Assembly (NCBI RefSeq): GCF_963921235.1
Contig: NC_086107.1
Location: 100,008,001 to 100,072,000, forward strand
DNA from: Mobula hypostoma
Taxonomy: Eukaryota
Direction of reading: 5' to 3'
Length of the DNA: 64,000 nucleotides
Of the stretch, positions 23,101-35,489 are shown piece by piece. Within the stretch, counting starts at the first letter, position 1. The number at the start of each line of letters is the position of its first letter. Position numbers and translations under genes: made by a program. Below the pieces are notes generated by a model that was given only the letters and a program-made list of their open reading frames with translations, did not search any database and had not been told where the DNA came from.

Positions 23101-26100
23101 AACTACAATGCTTCTTTTTCCTTTTCTTTCTTATAACAACATAATGAGAGTCAAATGAATGTACGTAAACAAGCAAAAAGCAAAGGAAACCCTACCAGCC
23201 TGTCTCCTTTCCCCTTCCCAGCCCTACTCTCCCCTCACCCCTCCCGTATGAGCTGTTTAGGTCCTACTGCCCCCCACACTTAGTTCAGTTGTCGGTCTCT
23301 TCTAAATACAACAGTAATGGTTGCCAGATTTTTTCAGATTCCTTGAGTCTGTCCTTGATAACGTATCTTATCCTCTCTAGATGCAGAGTATCCATTAATG
23401 CAGCCAGCCATTGTCTGAGTGATGGAGTTTCCTCCTTTTTCCAGAACATCAGTATGAGTTTCTTTCCATTAGGTATGCCATAGGTCAGGAGTTGTTGCTG
23501 GGTAGCCTGGAATTTATTTGACCTCGCAGAAGTTCCAAAAATTATTAAAATGGGGTCTGGTATTATCTGAACGTTTAGTACCTTTGATAGGACCTCAAAT
23601 ATTTGCTTCCAATACTCTTGTATCCTGGGACATAAAGTAGAAACTATGTAACAAATTTGCCTCTGAGGACTTGCATTTCTCGCACACTGGGGACACCTCT
23701 GGGAATTTTTTATGAATCCTTACTTTTGAGTAACGTAGTCTATGTAGGATTTTAAATTGTATTAAACAATGCCTGGCGTTGATGGTCTACTTCCCATTTT
23801 AAAAGTAATTTCAACAGGGTTGTTGCAATATCAGCTCAGATCAGCAAACCAAAGATGAAACCTGCAACTTTTTGGACGGCACTATTCGTAAGATCATACC
23901 ACAAAGCACGCTTTTATAATTAGAAATATCACCTCAAAACACATGCATCTTCAGAACAAAACTAGTTCGTAACAATTCAAAAATTACAACGGTGCCGTGT
24001 ATTTTTCTGCTTTTTGGGTATTGCTTTGAACTTATATTTATCTGCACAAAATTTATGAACATGTGTGTCATTAATGGTGTCACCACAGCACACTGGATAA
24101 GTCCATGCACTGTGATGCTGCCATTAATGACAAATGTATTCAACATAATAGTAAACCATGAAAGTTAAAAAAGAAAATTATATTTTTATATTGTATTCTT
24201 CATGATATCAAACATCCCACACAGTGAAGCTGAGTTAATTTAGTTTTGAAGCACAGACAATCCTGCATTACGTTGGGGGCGGGGGAGAAACATATTGTTG
24301 GAGGAACTCAGTAGGTCGAGCAGAAACTGTAGAGGGAAAAAACTGTCAATGCTTCAGGTTGAGACCCCAATTTAGGATTGATACAGGGTCTCAACCTGAA
24401 AAGTCCACATTTCCTTTCACCCTCATGGATGTTGCACAGCCTGCTGACTTCTTCCAGTAGTTTCTTTTTGTTCCAGATTCCATCAGAACTGTAGGAAATC
24501 CAGCAAATAATTAATATACCTCAACTTTGCTCAAACAACTGAATCACAATAATCAGGTTTTGTAATATTCATTAAGGAATAAATTTTGGTCTGGACACTA
24601 GAGAGAGCTCCCTGCTATTCTTCAAAATAAACCACATATCTTTTAAGATGAGAATGCCGGAGTCTCCTCTTAAGAACTGGACCTTCGGCTTTGCAGCAGT
24701 CACAGTTCAAGTGAAGTTAGTGCAGCATTGCTGTGTTCAATGGATGAATGAGTCTAACTGCTGAGCTACGTATGGAGAAGCAGGTAAGCACAAACCTTTT
24801 AGTTCCGCTTGCAAGAAATCTGAAACAAGCTTGAAAAATTATATAATAATTGCTGGGCATTAAAAAACTTGTCCTGTCAAACATCAGGGGTATCCTAGCA
24901 TTGTTTACTCTTCAGGTATGTTCATACTAAACACTTATCAGATTGAACTTTAAATTTCCTGATTATTGCTACACATGGGGTTGATTGAGGGACTGAGGGA
25001 TATAACCACCCTTTCAAATAATGTTATGAGACCCATCACTTTCAACCAAGACATTAAAAAATAAAAGGCATCCGTTAGTCTTGCGAGACCATGGATCTGC
25101 GCCTGGAAAGTCTTCCTCTCCAGGGCACAGGCCTAGACAAGGTTGTATGGAAGACCAGCAGTTGCCCATGCTGCAAGTCTCCCCTCTCCACGACACCAAT
25201 GTTGTCCAAGGGAAGGGCATTAGGACCCATACAGCTTGGCACCAGTGTCGTCGCAGAACAATGTGTGACTAAGTGCCTTGCTCAAGGACACAACACGTTC
25301 CCTCCGCTGGGGCTCGAACTCACGAGCTTCAGGTCGCTAGTCCAATGCCTTAACCACTTGGCCACGTGCCCACCAAGACATTAATGGGACAGTTATTTAA
25401 CATCTCATCCTGGACTTTATGCTCAAGCCTCTGGAAAAGTACTTGGGTCAAAGCCCACAGCTAAGATTGCAACCACTAAGCAGTGTTTGACACTGTAGAC
25501 CTCAAATCTTCTTACCACAATGAGTATATGATCAACTTGTATGAAATAAAAATATTTAGCAGAAAATATTAGATCTAAAAGGTAAATACAATACCTAGTG
25601 GTAAATAAATAGGGACAGCATAGTAGCGTAGTGGTTAGCACAATGCTACTACAGTGCCAACAACATTGGTTCAATTGCCACCGCTGACCGTAAGGAATTT
25701 GTACGTTCTTCCTGTGACTACATAAATTTCTTCTGGGTGCTCTGGTTTCTTCCCACAGTCCAAGGATGTACAGATGAGTTAGTCGGTTAATTGGTCACAT
25801 GGGTGTAATTGGGAGTCATGGGCCTGTAGAGCCAGAAGAGCTTGTTACTGTGATGTATCTCTAAATTTTAAAGAAGTACAAATGGAAAGATCACAGAAAT
25901 CAACAGGGGGCAGAGGCATTTAAACCTTTTCCACCATTCAATGTGGTCACAGCTGACCCTAGTTCAATTCCCCTGTACCTACCTTGTCCCTGTATTTCTA
26001 GACTACCCACTTTGATTATTGCTTTGAAACTGCTTAAGGCATTTTAAGGATATATATTGAGCATTTAGCTTCCTTAGACTAGTGCTCCCAGTAGACAATA

Positions 26101-29100
26101 TTCATCATTGTCAATGTTAAAAGCCATTTAACATCATTTTATTCCTTAATGTTTATAATTTTATGCTTCCATCCACACTGAAATGTCACCCATCCTTGAG
26201 GTATCAAAATTAGGTGTGCCTTTGTCCTGCTATATAGTTATTTGTAAGTAATCAATATGGTTACATCTACATAAAACACTGTCATAAGAAAGCAGCATCC
26301 ATCATCAGAGATCTTCACCACCCAGGCCATGCTCCTTTCTCGCTTCTGTCATCAGGTAGAAGATACGAAAGCCTCAGGACTCGCACCACCAGGTTCAGGG
26401 ACAATTACTACCCCTCAACCATCAGGCTCCTGAACAAAAGGGGATAACTACACTCACCTGCTCATCCATTGAGGTGTTTCCACAACCAATGATATCACTT
26501 TACGGACTCTATCTTGATATTTCATGTTCTTGTTATTTATTGGTATTTATATTTGCCTAGTTTTCTACTTTCCCCACTCTAGTTGAACTTTCATTGATCC
26601 TGTTACTAGTCTATAGATTTGCTGAGTATGCCCACAGGAAAATGAATGCCAGGGTTGTAAGTTGTGATATATATAATAAAATTTACTTTGAACTGTGGTT
26701 GAGGCCCAATGCAAATTGCTGTGGGATGCCTTAATCATATCCATCTAATTAAAGTAACTGCCCATTAATACTACAATTATAAATCTGTCCCACACTTTAC
26801 AAATGTTCCCATGCTCTCTGATGAGCTGCAAATGTTCAAGGTGCTCAGACGTTCATTTCTTAATACTGATTCAATCAATTTACAAACAGCAAACGCTTGG
26901 CGAACTTATCACCCTAACGTTTCTGCTTGGTTTGCTCCGAGTGGCACCCTTGCTCATTTTATCCCCATCCAAACCAATTTCATGAAGCCAGCTCTTTGCG
27001 CAGTGAACTTATCCACAGTAAAATGGCAAGCCCAATTCTCGCCTGGGTAGATCACACTTCTTGGTTTACCAGCTGTCAAAATTATCAGACAGCTTGCAAT
27101 ATCTGAATACCTCTGTGACATTTTAAACAATCTGGCATATCACTTCCCACTTTCTTGAAAGGAGAGCATTATGTTTGCAACATTTAAATCTTCTGGGATC
27201 TCACTAGAACTCAGACAACTTTGGTAGATTACAACCTTCAAATGCAGCTCATTGGCAACCCTAATATGCAGGTCATCAGGTCCAAGCTAACTTGCCAGGC
27301 CCATTTCGCCCGGCACTTTTTCTCCCCCTAATAGTTAGTTACTTAAGTTCTTTCCATCATAACCCCTTGATTATCTATTCATTGCATCCTTTAATATCTG
27401 CTCCTCCCCCCCCCCAATCAGGGTCACATGAAGCCATGGCAGCAGGTGGTGGATGGTCGTATGAGCAGCTGATGAACATTACAAGTCCTAGTTATGTGGC
27501 TACTGATGCCAGGTGGACAATCTCTGAAGAGTATTGATAATAGCTGGTGTCATCCATCTTATAAAGACTCTGCCCAGAAGGCAATGGCAAACCATTTCTG
27601 TGGAAAAATTTGCCAAGAACAATCATGGTCATGGATAGACCATGATTGCCCAGGTTATACGACATGGCACATAATGATGATGAATATCTGCTTCTATGAA
27701 CAATAATCCAAAATAAGTTATTTAGAATCTCTGCCATTTCTCAATTCCCATTACAATTCCTCAGTCTTGTCCTTTAAGGGACCAACATTTTCTTTGGCTA
27801 CTCTCTACCTTTTCATATATCTGCAGAAACCCTTCTACAGTCCTCTCCAGGTTATGACAGGGTTCAGTTCCTGTGAACTGTTTGTAAATCCGAACAGTTC
27901 ATAAATCAGAAATGTGGCCATGAACTGAGTTTCCACACAACAGAAGAAGCCTGCAGCCCCAAAGCAGGTAATAAATCCATCCTGCTGGTGTCCCAAACAT
28001 TTATATTTACAGATTGTACATAAATTGGATGTTCATATACCTGTGAAGACATATTATTTGGCCTACTCTCAATATTTTACCTTCTTCCTGTTTATTTTTA
28101 GTTACTTTAATGATTTCTAAAACTGTCCTAATCATTTACTCTGCCACTAATCTTTGCAACATTATACACTTTTCAATTTGACACCAATAATCCCAACTTC
28201 ATTAATTAGTCATGGAAGTCAAATCCTTCTTATTGAGTAGTTCCTCTCAAAGGAATATACCTTTGTTGAATTTTGGGAAATACCTTCAGAAATGTTTTGG
28301 ATGGGGATCTCTATCTATTTCTGCAGTTAACCTTAGCCAATTCTGTCCTCATACCAATGGAATTGTAAGTTTTAGACATTTGTTTCAGTGTGTTTTTCCA
28401 CCTTTAACTGAATTTGAAATTCTACCATGCTCTTTCCTAGGGGATCCTTTAGTATGAGATTATTAATGAATCCCATCCCATTAACGATACTGGATGTAAA
28501 ATAGCCTGCTCCCAGGATGGTTACCACTGGCAGAGCTTTAATTTACTTCACAGATGTACTCAACAAATAGCATAGGCAAACAGCACAGAAACACCTCCTC
28601 CTTTGTTGCTTTTCTCTCACAGTGTATTTAAAACTGCCTCTTTATATATAAAAAGATATGGAACAGCATTGGTTAAGGAAAAACAAAAACTGATAGGAAC
28701 CATTGAAATTTGATCTAACTGTACAAAATACTGAATATTCACAAATGAAACTCCTTGTCAAAGAAACAAACCCTCCTCTGCTTATTCATTCAAGTAAAAC
28801 AATTTATAATACAACACAAAAAATTGCTGATTTCCCCAGTGCAGCTGGCTATTCAATTTGAATAGCATATAGTTGCAGAACATTCACTCTTCCTGTAAGA
28901 ACATGTTAAGCGTCATTTCCAGGACACTGTTTTGCATATTCCTGCCAGCAGACCTATTATAAAGATCTTGGTGTTCTTTTAATTGATTGTGCCATGTGCT
29001 GTCAGGCTTAGCTTGAGTGGCTGCACTCCCCTTTCCAATTTTGGAAAGCTGTGGGTATGTTCTCTCCAGAGATCCGAACTCAATCTAGACTGGTAAAATT

Positions 29101-32100
29101 ATAATTGGATTGGTTAAGAAATGACAGAGCCTGGCAGAGCTGGCTATGCCTCCTTTTGGGGGAATTATTAAACAGATATACTGCCTACACTTGCGAGTGT
29201 ATATAAACAACCCTATGTTCTACTATAAAAGAACATAACTTTTATCCTTAGCACAAGGGCCATCATCATTCCTTTACAACAGGGGTTCCCAATCTGGGGT
29301 CCACGGATCCCTCGGTTAATGGTATAGGTCCAAAAGGTTGGGAACCCTGATCCACAATCGTTACTGTTGCTTGGAAATTCCCACGTCTACACCAACACCT
29401 TTCTAACATTACAAGTGAGTATGTTTCAAAGAACATTTCACTGGTCATGTCATTTTGAGTATCCTAAAAGTTTGGTAGGTGCTTTACAAATGCAAATTCT
29501 CCTTTCATAGCTCAGTTTGAATACCAGTACACTCAAAGCAATTGTGTCCCTTTCATATCATTACACGTTCATCGTGAGACCAAGATGCTGTGTCATAGTT
29601 GCATTCACTTTTCTTCATGATGGTTAGCAGCAAGAAGCAGGGCTCAGTTACAAACACACTTGTTTGCCCCAGTATCTAATCCAAAAGGCGCAGCACACCA
29701 AATTATCCTAATTTGTTTGGACTTGCTCTGGTCGATACATTGAGGAAAAGATTCTCCAGGAAAACTGCAGTCTAATTATTCTTTCTTAGATATAATGAAG
29801 GTCAGTAACAGGACTAAGGAAGGATGCAGATGTGGAGTTGAATCAAAACAGGTTTCTGCAGTCAGTAAAGTCCAGGCTCATGCTTTAAATATCTATATGA
29901 TTTGTAGGCACCCTTGTTTGATGTTATGATTCAGGCAACTGAAAGCAAAAGCCCAGAGTGTGGTATCTGTGTGTACAAAAGCTAGATCCGGCTTCATCCA
30001 TTGTCAACAGTTAATTTGACTTCAACTGGACAGGCATGTGGAGTTAAATCTGTTAACAGAAGAGCCAAAACATGCTCCATCAGATCAAAATATTGTGCTT
30101 GGATGAAGGGCAAGATTAAAAAAAGGTTATGGCACTGTGCAGGAAGCTATTCTGATGAGGTTAATTATAGTTAATGGCAAATCAGAGAAATAATTAGCTT
30201 TGTAAAACAGCCCTTCTCCCAGCCCTGTGTTTCTTCCCTATTAAACCTGCTCTGCCCCCCAGACATTATTCTGTACTCCCTAATTTCACCTTCAATGTGG
30301 CAACAATACTGCAAGGGGATGTGATATCCCTTTAATCAAAGATCAGGGATCTTATTCTAGCTTAGGCAGCCAGCTTCATTTTTCTGCACACCACAAGAGC
30401 CCAAATGAGTTCAGACATGTTCTAGTGAGTTGCATAGCCATCTGACCACAGGAAAAAAATGCATACAACTCATAAGAGTGTACTTGCCTAACAATGTGAC
30501 TGCATGGGAAATTGAAAGGCTGGAATTCTTAACCAGGATACTTTGTGTAGCTTAGTTGCAATGCAGAGAATATGGCAGCCAAAATGGGGCAGAAAGCAAT
30601 ATAATGTTCAGATTATCTGCCTTAGTGTCATTAGATAAGGGATACTTATTGGTTAGAAAAACTTTCCCACTCTTCAATAAGTACTACTGGATCTGCTCTG
30701 TGCATCTGAGGGGGAGATGCAGTTTCAAGTTCTCAGCTATATTTCTGGGATCAAAAGTGAGTTCTATATATCCTACTCATCTATCTCAACCACAAGAATG
30801 CATTCAAGGGCTGAGCTCACAAAGGGGTAAGTGAATAGAAAATGTAGTGAGGAGTGGAAAGTGGGATTGTTTGATGCCCAAATCCAAACATGAATTGGCC
30901 CAAAAGGCTTTTTTTTCCTGTACTGAAATAGATGCATGTACAGACCTGGATGAGTTGTAACCTCCTACAACATTAGGAGTAATGCTTGGATGTGATTTCT
31001 GGGTCATTTGTTGGGCCTCAGCACAAATAACATATCCAGTTCAGGGCACTGCACTTGAGAAACAATGTCAAGATCTCTAACAGGGTTTAGAAAGATCTAT
31101 GAAAATGACACCAAGGAACGATTCCAACTTTGGCCAACTCCGGAATTCTGCTTATCCATTTTTTTTCTTACGCATACAATGGAAATGGAAAACTTGGCCC
31201 ATGTGCTATTCCTCCCAAATATTTAACAAAGGGCCAAGCAGCCACAGAATTCACCCCTGCAAACAGTTCATCTGGTATCAGTTATTTTAAGGGAGAATAA
31301 AGATCTATTCCTCGTATCCCTGAGTAATTGTAACATGTGTTGTAGCTCAAAACCGCTGGAAAACTAAACAAAACAATACAAAAAGGGAAAAGAACGTTTC
31401 TGGCAGAAGTCAATACACAAGGCATTAATTAGTTGTTTACTCTGATGTTTCAGTGGCTTTTATTTCAGCAAGTCTTTCCAGTAAATATATTTCAGCAAGT
31501 CTTTCCAGTAAATACCCAAGAAGCCCGAGGATTGATACATGCTCTGTATTGAAATAAACAGTCTTTCAACGATATAGAATTAATCATCATACATTCAGTT
31601 TATGCCTATAAACTATATATATACATACATTTGTGTTTTTTTATTATTATTATCGTGTTCTTTATCTTTTGTGATTTTTTTTGGGCTGCACTGGATCCGG
31701 AATATTTCGTTCTCCTTTACACTTGTGTATTGGAAATGATGTAATCATTCTTGAATATAGCAAACACTACAACCTGATGCACATGCATATCCGAGGTGAG
31801 CTGGAATAGGTCAGTGGAAAACCCAACAATGACTGAAACCAAAAATATAAACTCACCTTGCATGGAAATCCACCAAGACTGGTTTTGTACTATTGATGAC
31901 CCGTTCAGTGAAATCTGCTTGGTTCTGTACATTGAAGGAAATTTCATTGGTAGGAGATGCACAAAATCTTCTGGCAACAGTTACACTGGCTAGGTGATGA
32001 AAGGAAGGCTTGATGCCACACCAGCAAAGGGAATTCAAGGCTGGAAGATGTGCTGAGGATTGAGACTGCAGTGACCGAGGAGCCTCCCTAAGGGTCATTG

Positions 32101-32134
32101 ATGCGAGCCTTCTCAACAAAATTCTATGTGCCAT
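11057..32134 (-). CDS. TXN2: Thioredoxin 2, mitochondrial; spliced CDS join(32134-31857,14764-14641,11167-11057), 513 nt, 170 aa
   Basis: The exons join in frame across GT-AG introns: [10 protein letters not shown]...[106 protein letters not shown]. This matches the vertebrate TXN2 sequence and has an Arg-rich N-terminal presequence. Confidence 0.97.
12690..12915 (+). mobile_element. Penelope-like terminal fragment
   Basis: Pyrimidine-rich body followed by CAGTCCAGTTGAAGGGTCTTGACCTGAAAC...CTGAGTTCCTCTAGCA. Confidence 0.65.
14641..14764 (-). CDS. TXN2: TXN2 second coding exon (124 nt) containing the CxxC active site
   Basis: tttctgctctgcag|T TGG TGC AAC CCT TGT...GAG TAC AAG|gtatgg; translates [14 protein letters not shown]...[16 protein letters not shown]. 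Confidence 0.96.
14890..15410 (-). mobile_element. Unclassified dispersed repeat related to 45502-46380
   Basis: Shares the AAAGGT...CAAAGTACG/CAACCCTGAGAT/TCTTCTCCA end with 43548-43615, 45502-45570 and 54150-54270. Confidence 0.55.
15412..15650 (+). mobile_element. CR1 3' end fragment
   Basis: AGGGTGGTGAGAATGTGCAATGAGCTACCAG...GGCTCTATGATTCTATGA tail. Confidence 0.7.
16515..19525 (+). mobile_element. CR1 LINE ORF2 remnant (host), interrupted at 17450-18669
   Basis: [34 protein letters not shown] and FADD on the left; TKVEGVVD and [12 protein letters not shown] on the right; 3' tail near 19500. Confidence 0.9.
17450..18669 (+). mobile_element. Younger CR1 nested in CR1; same subfamily as 4988-5917
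   Basis: [17 protein letters not shown] and [11 protein letters not shown]; near-identical to 4988-5917; flanked by ATGATA at 17444-17449 and 18670-18675. Confidence 0.92.
19908..20185 (-). mobile_element. tRNA-derived V-SINE
   Basis: GTGGGAGGAAACTGGAGCACCCGGAGGAAA (V-domain, reverse) and GCTAACCACCACGCTACC head. Confidence 0.8.
21075..22330 (-). mobile_element. CR1 LINE ORF2 remnant with internal deletions
   Basis: [13 protein letters not shown] and [15 protein letters not shown] in ORF 21628-22260. Confidence 0.85.
22331..22792 (-). mobile_element. CR1 ORF1 (SGNH esterase-like) remnant
   Basis: Manual translation [27 protein letters not shown]...WLRNWCKG...[10 protein letters not shown], with stops. 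Confidence 0.7.
23170..23785 (-). mobile_element. L1-clade LINE, ORF2 C-terminal remnant
   Basis: Manual translation [19 protein letters not shown]...[16 protein letters not shown]...[10 protein letters not shown]...LHLERIRY...KIWQPLL. Confidence 0.8.
24290..24485. mobile_element. Old fold-back Penelope terminus
   Basis: TTCAGGTTGAGACCC...GGGTCTCAACCTGAA inverted core with degenerate outer arms. Confidence 0.65.
25058..25371 (-). mobile_element. Young tRNA-derived SINE (~310 bp) with 13-bp TSD
   Basis: A-box TGGCCAAGTGG and B-box GAGTTCGAGCC; TSD ACCAAGACATTAA at 25045-25057 and 25372-25384; close copies at 36047 and 44637. Confidence 0.9.
25612..25868 (+). mobile_element. tRNA-derived V-SINE
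   Basis: GTAGCGTAGTGGTTAGC, GGTTCAATT and V-domain GGGTGCTCTGGTTTCTTCCCACAGTCC. Confidence 0.75.
26270..26693 (+). mobile_element. Rex/Babar 3' fragment
   Basis: [15 protein letters not shown]...[15 protein letters not shown]; tail AATAAAATTTACTTTGAAC. Confidence 0.8.
27420..27683 (+). mobile_element. RTE/BovB-related short element
   Basis: GAAGGCAATGGCAAACCATTTCTG...TTGCCAAGAA...CATGG and an (ATG)n tail, resembling BovB-type UTR sequence. Confidence 0.55.
29280..29349. mobile_element. hAT-type MITE (70 bp)
   Basis: TIR CAGGGGTTCCCAA / TTGGGAACCCTG; related copy at 50329-50408. Confidence 0.75.
31857..32134 (-). CDS. TXN2: TXN2 first coding exon (278 nt): mitochondrial presequence and start of the Trx fold
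   Basis: Acceptor tcttcatttgcag lies directly before ATG GCA CAT; the exon ends ...CAT GCA AG|gtgagt (phase 2). Confidence 0.95.
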
Positions 32135-33254
32135 CTGCAAATGAAGACCGTTAGTGTTATGATGTGCAAATGGGAATACATTAAATTATCATCCTTCAGT
32201 AAACAAAATGCAACTCAACTCATCTGTAATAGGAACAGGGAGTCATTCAGCTGCTTGGACTTTATCCACCATTGAAATAGTACAATTGATCAAGATTATT
32301 ATATGCTAGGTTGTCCAGCATACAGATAAAAATAAATTTATTAAGCCCTTAAGCAGAAAGCACTTAAGTTCATAAAAATAAGGAAGATCCACAGATCAGT
32401 TCTGTGCTCACTTAGCAGAACTGAATAATAGTGGAAATGAGCTATACTCCCTGTTGGAAAAACAGTCAGTAGCAGCTCACGTTAGCATCCCATGACCAGA
32501 TGATGACTAGGAAACCACCAGACATAACTGTAAACAAAGAGGGCAAACAATTGAAATATCCAACAGCTTATTTCTCTGGTCATTTGTGAAGCTGCTCCCT
32601 GACAAAAAAATAACTTCTTCAAATAAAATGTCAAGTATATACAACAGAATATAACATCCAAAAGCAAGTGCCTTCTAAAAGGTTTAGGAAGGAAATATAT
32701 GACAAGAGTCATTCAGATCACTTCCACCACCAATGTCTGTCTTGATAGGAGGAAGTGAGGAGTGAAAACAAATCTGTGGGAAGATGAGGCCCATTTAATC
32801 TGGTCAATAAAGTACACTGACACAGATCAAGACAATAGCATTTGAATATACAAAGACTGAAATACAATTAGATCAACACTCAATACACCTCTCAGTAGAA
32901 ATTTATCGTCCAATTTTCTCCCCCCTCCGCAAAAAAATGGAAATCAGAAATAAAAAGTAAAAGTCGAGAGAGCCCCATTTGGGGAATATCTATTAGGATT
33001 GAAACATCTAGTCCTTGGGATTTGGGTCTGAAACATCAACTCTCTACAGTTTGATTTACTGAATACTTTTAGGATTCCTTTTTATTTCTGCCCCTACTCC
33101 ACCAATTCTGGTGCTAATTACTAATCCTGCAAAAATACACTCACAAGCAATGGTTTCTTCTCCTGCACCCATGTACCACCCAGGGATTTATCTTCACGTC
33201 CCCACTTCCAGCCATTTCTCACATACTGACATCCCCTTTGATAATATGCCACCA

Positions 33255-33675
33255 ATTATACTTTATAGTCACCAAACAATTGGTACTAGAACGTATAATC
33301 ATCAGAGCGATATTTGATTCTGCGCTTCACACTCCCTGGATTACAAATATTAAAGACATTAAGAATAGTTAAAACTAGTAAATATTAAAAATTTAAATTA
33401 TAAATCATAAATAGAAAATAGAAAACTGGAAAGTAAGGTAGTGCAAAAAAACCGAGAGGCAGGTCCAGATATTTGGAGGGTACGGCCCAGATCCGGGTCA
33501 GGATCCATTCAGCAGTCTTATCACAGTTGGAAAGAAGCTGTTCCCAAATCTGGCCGTACGAATCTTCAAGCTCCTGAGCCTTCTCCCGGAGGGAAGAGGA
33601 ACGAAAAGTGTGTTGGCTGGGTGGGTCGTGTCCTTGATTATCCTGGCAGCACTGCTCCGACAGCGTGCGGTGAAC
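33255..33675 (-). mobile_element. Rex/Babar 3' fragment, low divergence
   Basis: AARIIKDTTHPANTLFVPLPSGRRLRSLKIRTARFGNSFFPTVIRLLN. Confidence 0.85.
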
Positions 33676-33849
33676 TTCCACATGTATACCCACCTCATCC
33701 AGTTTACCTCATTTCTCAGCCCCACCAGTGCCTCTGAATTACCAAAATGCTTATCAAATATACACAATGAAATAATCATAAAGTTCCAGCACAAACCTTC
33801 AGACACCATCACAAGTTTCATTCCCTGGCAACCAACTCCATCCTTATCC

Positions 33850-34400
33850 TTGACAAATCGGACTTTGACTCAGGACTCTGCATCCGCAGTCCCATACTTT
33901 ATTGAAGAGTTTTGAACACCATATCCATGCCAGCTATTTCTACCGGACTCACACCATTCAACTCCAGAACCTTCTCCTCGTAAAGCCCTCACCTTTGTTA
34001 TCTCTTTCACATTCATTCCAACACTCATGACAAACTTCATCCCATTCACCAAGGTCATCCAAACTGCTGCTTCCCATGTTATAATTCACACTAAGGTATA
34101 TTAACCTATCAATCCTGTGTTTATAGCTTCAGCTTCAAAATACTTCTATTTTTAAAATTCTCACGTTTTGAAATCCATTCAGGGTTTTGCTGCATCCTGT
34201 CTAATACCCTCCAGTCTTCACAGTTCTGAAATTATCTGTGCTCCCTTGATCATCTGCACGTGTAATGTCTCCACCAGTTGGGCTGCTCCTTCAGCTACCA
34301 AAGCTCCAAGCTGGTATTTGCTTTAACCTCCCACCGCCAACATTCTTCAAATTTTCTATTTTTAATCAATCTTTTGATCAATTTCAACAATATATTATCC
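33850..34400 (+). mobile_element. Very degenerate L2-like LINE 3' remnant
   Basis: KVIQTAASHV...PINPV...FKIL motif traces only. Confidence 0.4.
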
Positions 34401-34471
34401 AAATTTTTGTCTGGTGTTCCTGTGGAAAGCCTCACGTGCTTCTTACTAGATTAAAGGAAATATACAAATGG

Positions 34472-34880
34472 AAGGACCACAACATTGTCATAGGGGTCTG
34501 GAGACTCACATCTCTCAATGGCCTGGAGGGCTATGCTGGCCGGAATCAAGGCTTTCTTTGCCTCTCGGTAGGGTCACCCATGCCAAACAAGTCAAAGGAT
34601 AAAGGCCGGACTAAGAGTAGTCCACATGTCCTCCAGGTTCGGGGGTTCAGCTCAGGGCTAATAACCCTGACTGGCCAAACAAATTTGTTACAGAAACAGC
34701 AATGAAGAATCCTTCTACATCTGAGTGTGACAGTATTCCTCGGTCTCCACCTGGGACTTGCGTGACTGCTGGTAGTGAAAATCGAGAGGAAATTACTGAC
34801 AACGAAGGAAGCCCTGTACATAAGAGATGAAGGGCTGTCAAGGCTGCTCGAAATGCCAGAGGTGTAATGTGCAGTAAGTG
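34472..34880 (+). mobile_element. Non-autonomous RTE-derived element (5'UTR joined to 3' end)
   Basis: ACCACAACATTGTC...CTCAATG...GGTAGGGTCACCCATGCCAAACA...GACTAAGAGTAGTCCA resembles RTE/BovB 5'UTR; a second copy lies on the minus strand at 37606-38520. Confidence 0.65.
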
Positions 34881-35489
34881 AGCACAAATGGAAGAAGCTG
34901 CATTTGCAGCTCTCCCTTTTGCTGGATGGAAAAGACTAAATAAATGGAGCAACGTAATTCAGTCAATCTAAATTATATCTTCAGGAAAAATTCATTTAAG
35001 ATCGAACCTTGATTTTCATATTCACTTCTCCATCTGGGTTAAATATAGAGCAGTGCCAGTTGACTGTAAATTCAGTAATTAAGCTTAATTATTTGGTAAT
35101 TAATATTCTTGATCTGTAGATAATTGCACTGCCCATCACAGTGGCACTGCAGATAATACTACTGTCTCATAAATGCACCAACCCAGATTTGATACCAATC
35201 TCCAGTGATCACCGTGAAGTGCTATGGGTATGAACAAAATAAAGGAATGAATTATTCCTAGTAACATTGGAGAAAGCCAGTCATCCACTGAGTACACAGG
35301 CTTGATGAATTGAAAAAGTATCCTTTTATTTTGAGCAACACTAACAAAAAGCTGGAGGAACTCAGCAGGTCAGGCAGCATCTATAGAGAGATGTAAACGG
35401 TTGATATTTTGGGCCAAGACCCTTCATTAGGACTGGAAAAGAAAGGGGGGAGCAAAAGCCATAAAAGAAGTTTTTATTCTTAAGAAATA

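Noticed and set aside
26817..26850. CTGATGAG as a hammerhead or C/D-box motif
   Set aside because: No GAAA box after a helix II, and no paired C/D boxes with a terminal stem.
31461..31514. 27-bp tandem duplication TATTTCAGCAAGTCTTTCCAGTAAATA
   Set aside because: Ordinary intronic slippage duplication with only two copies.
32015..32026. CWCG in the TXN2 presequence as a second redox motif
   Set aside because: It is not CXXC and lies in the cleaved, fast-evolving targeting peptide.
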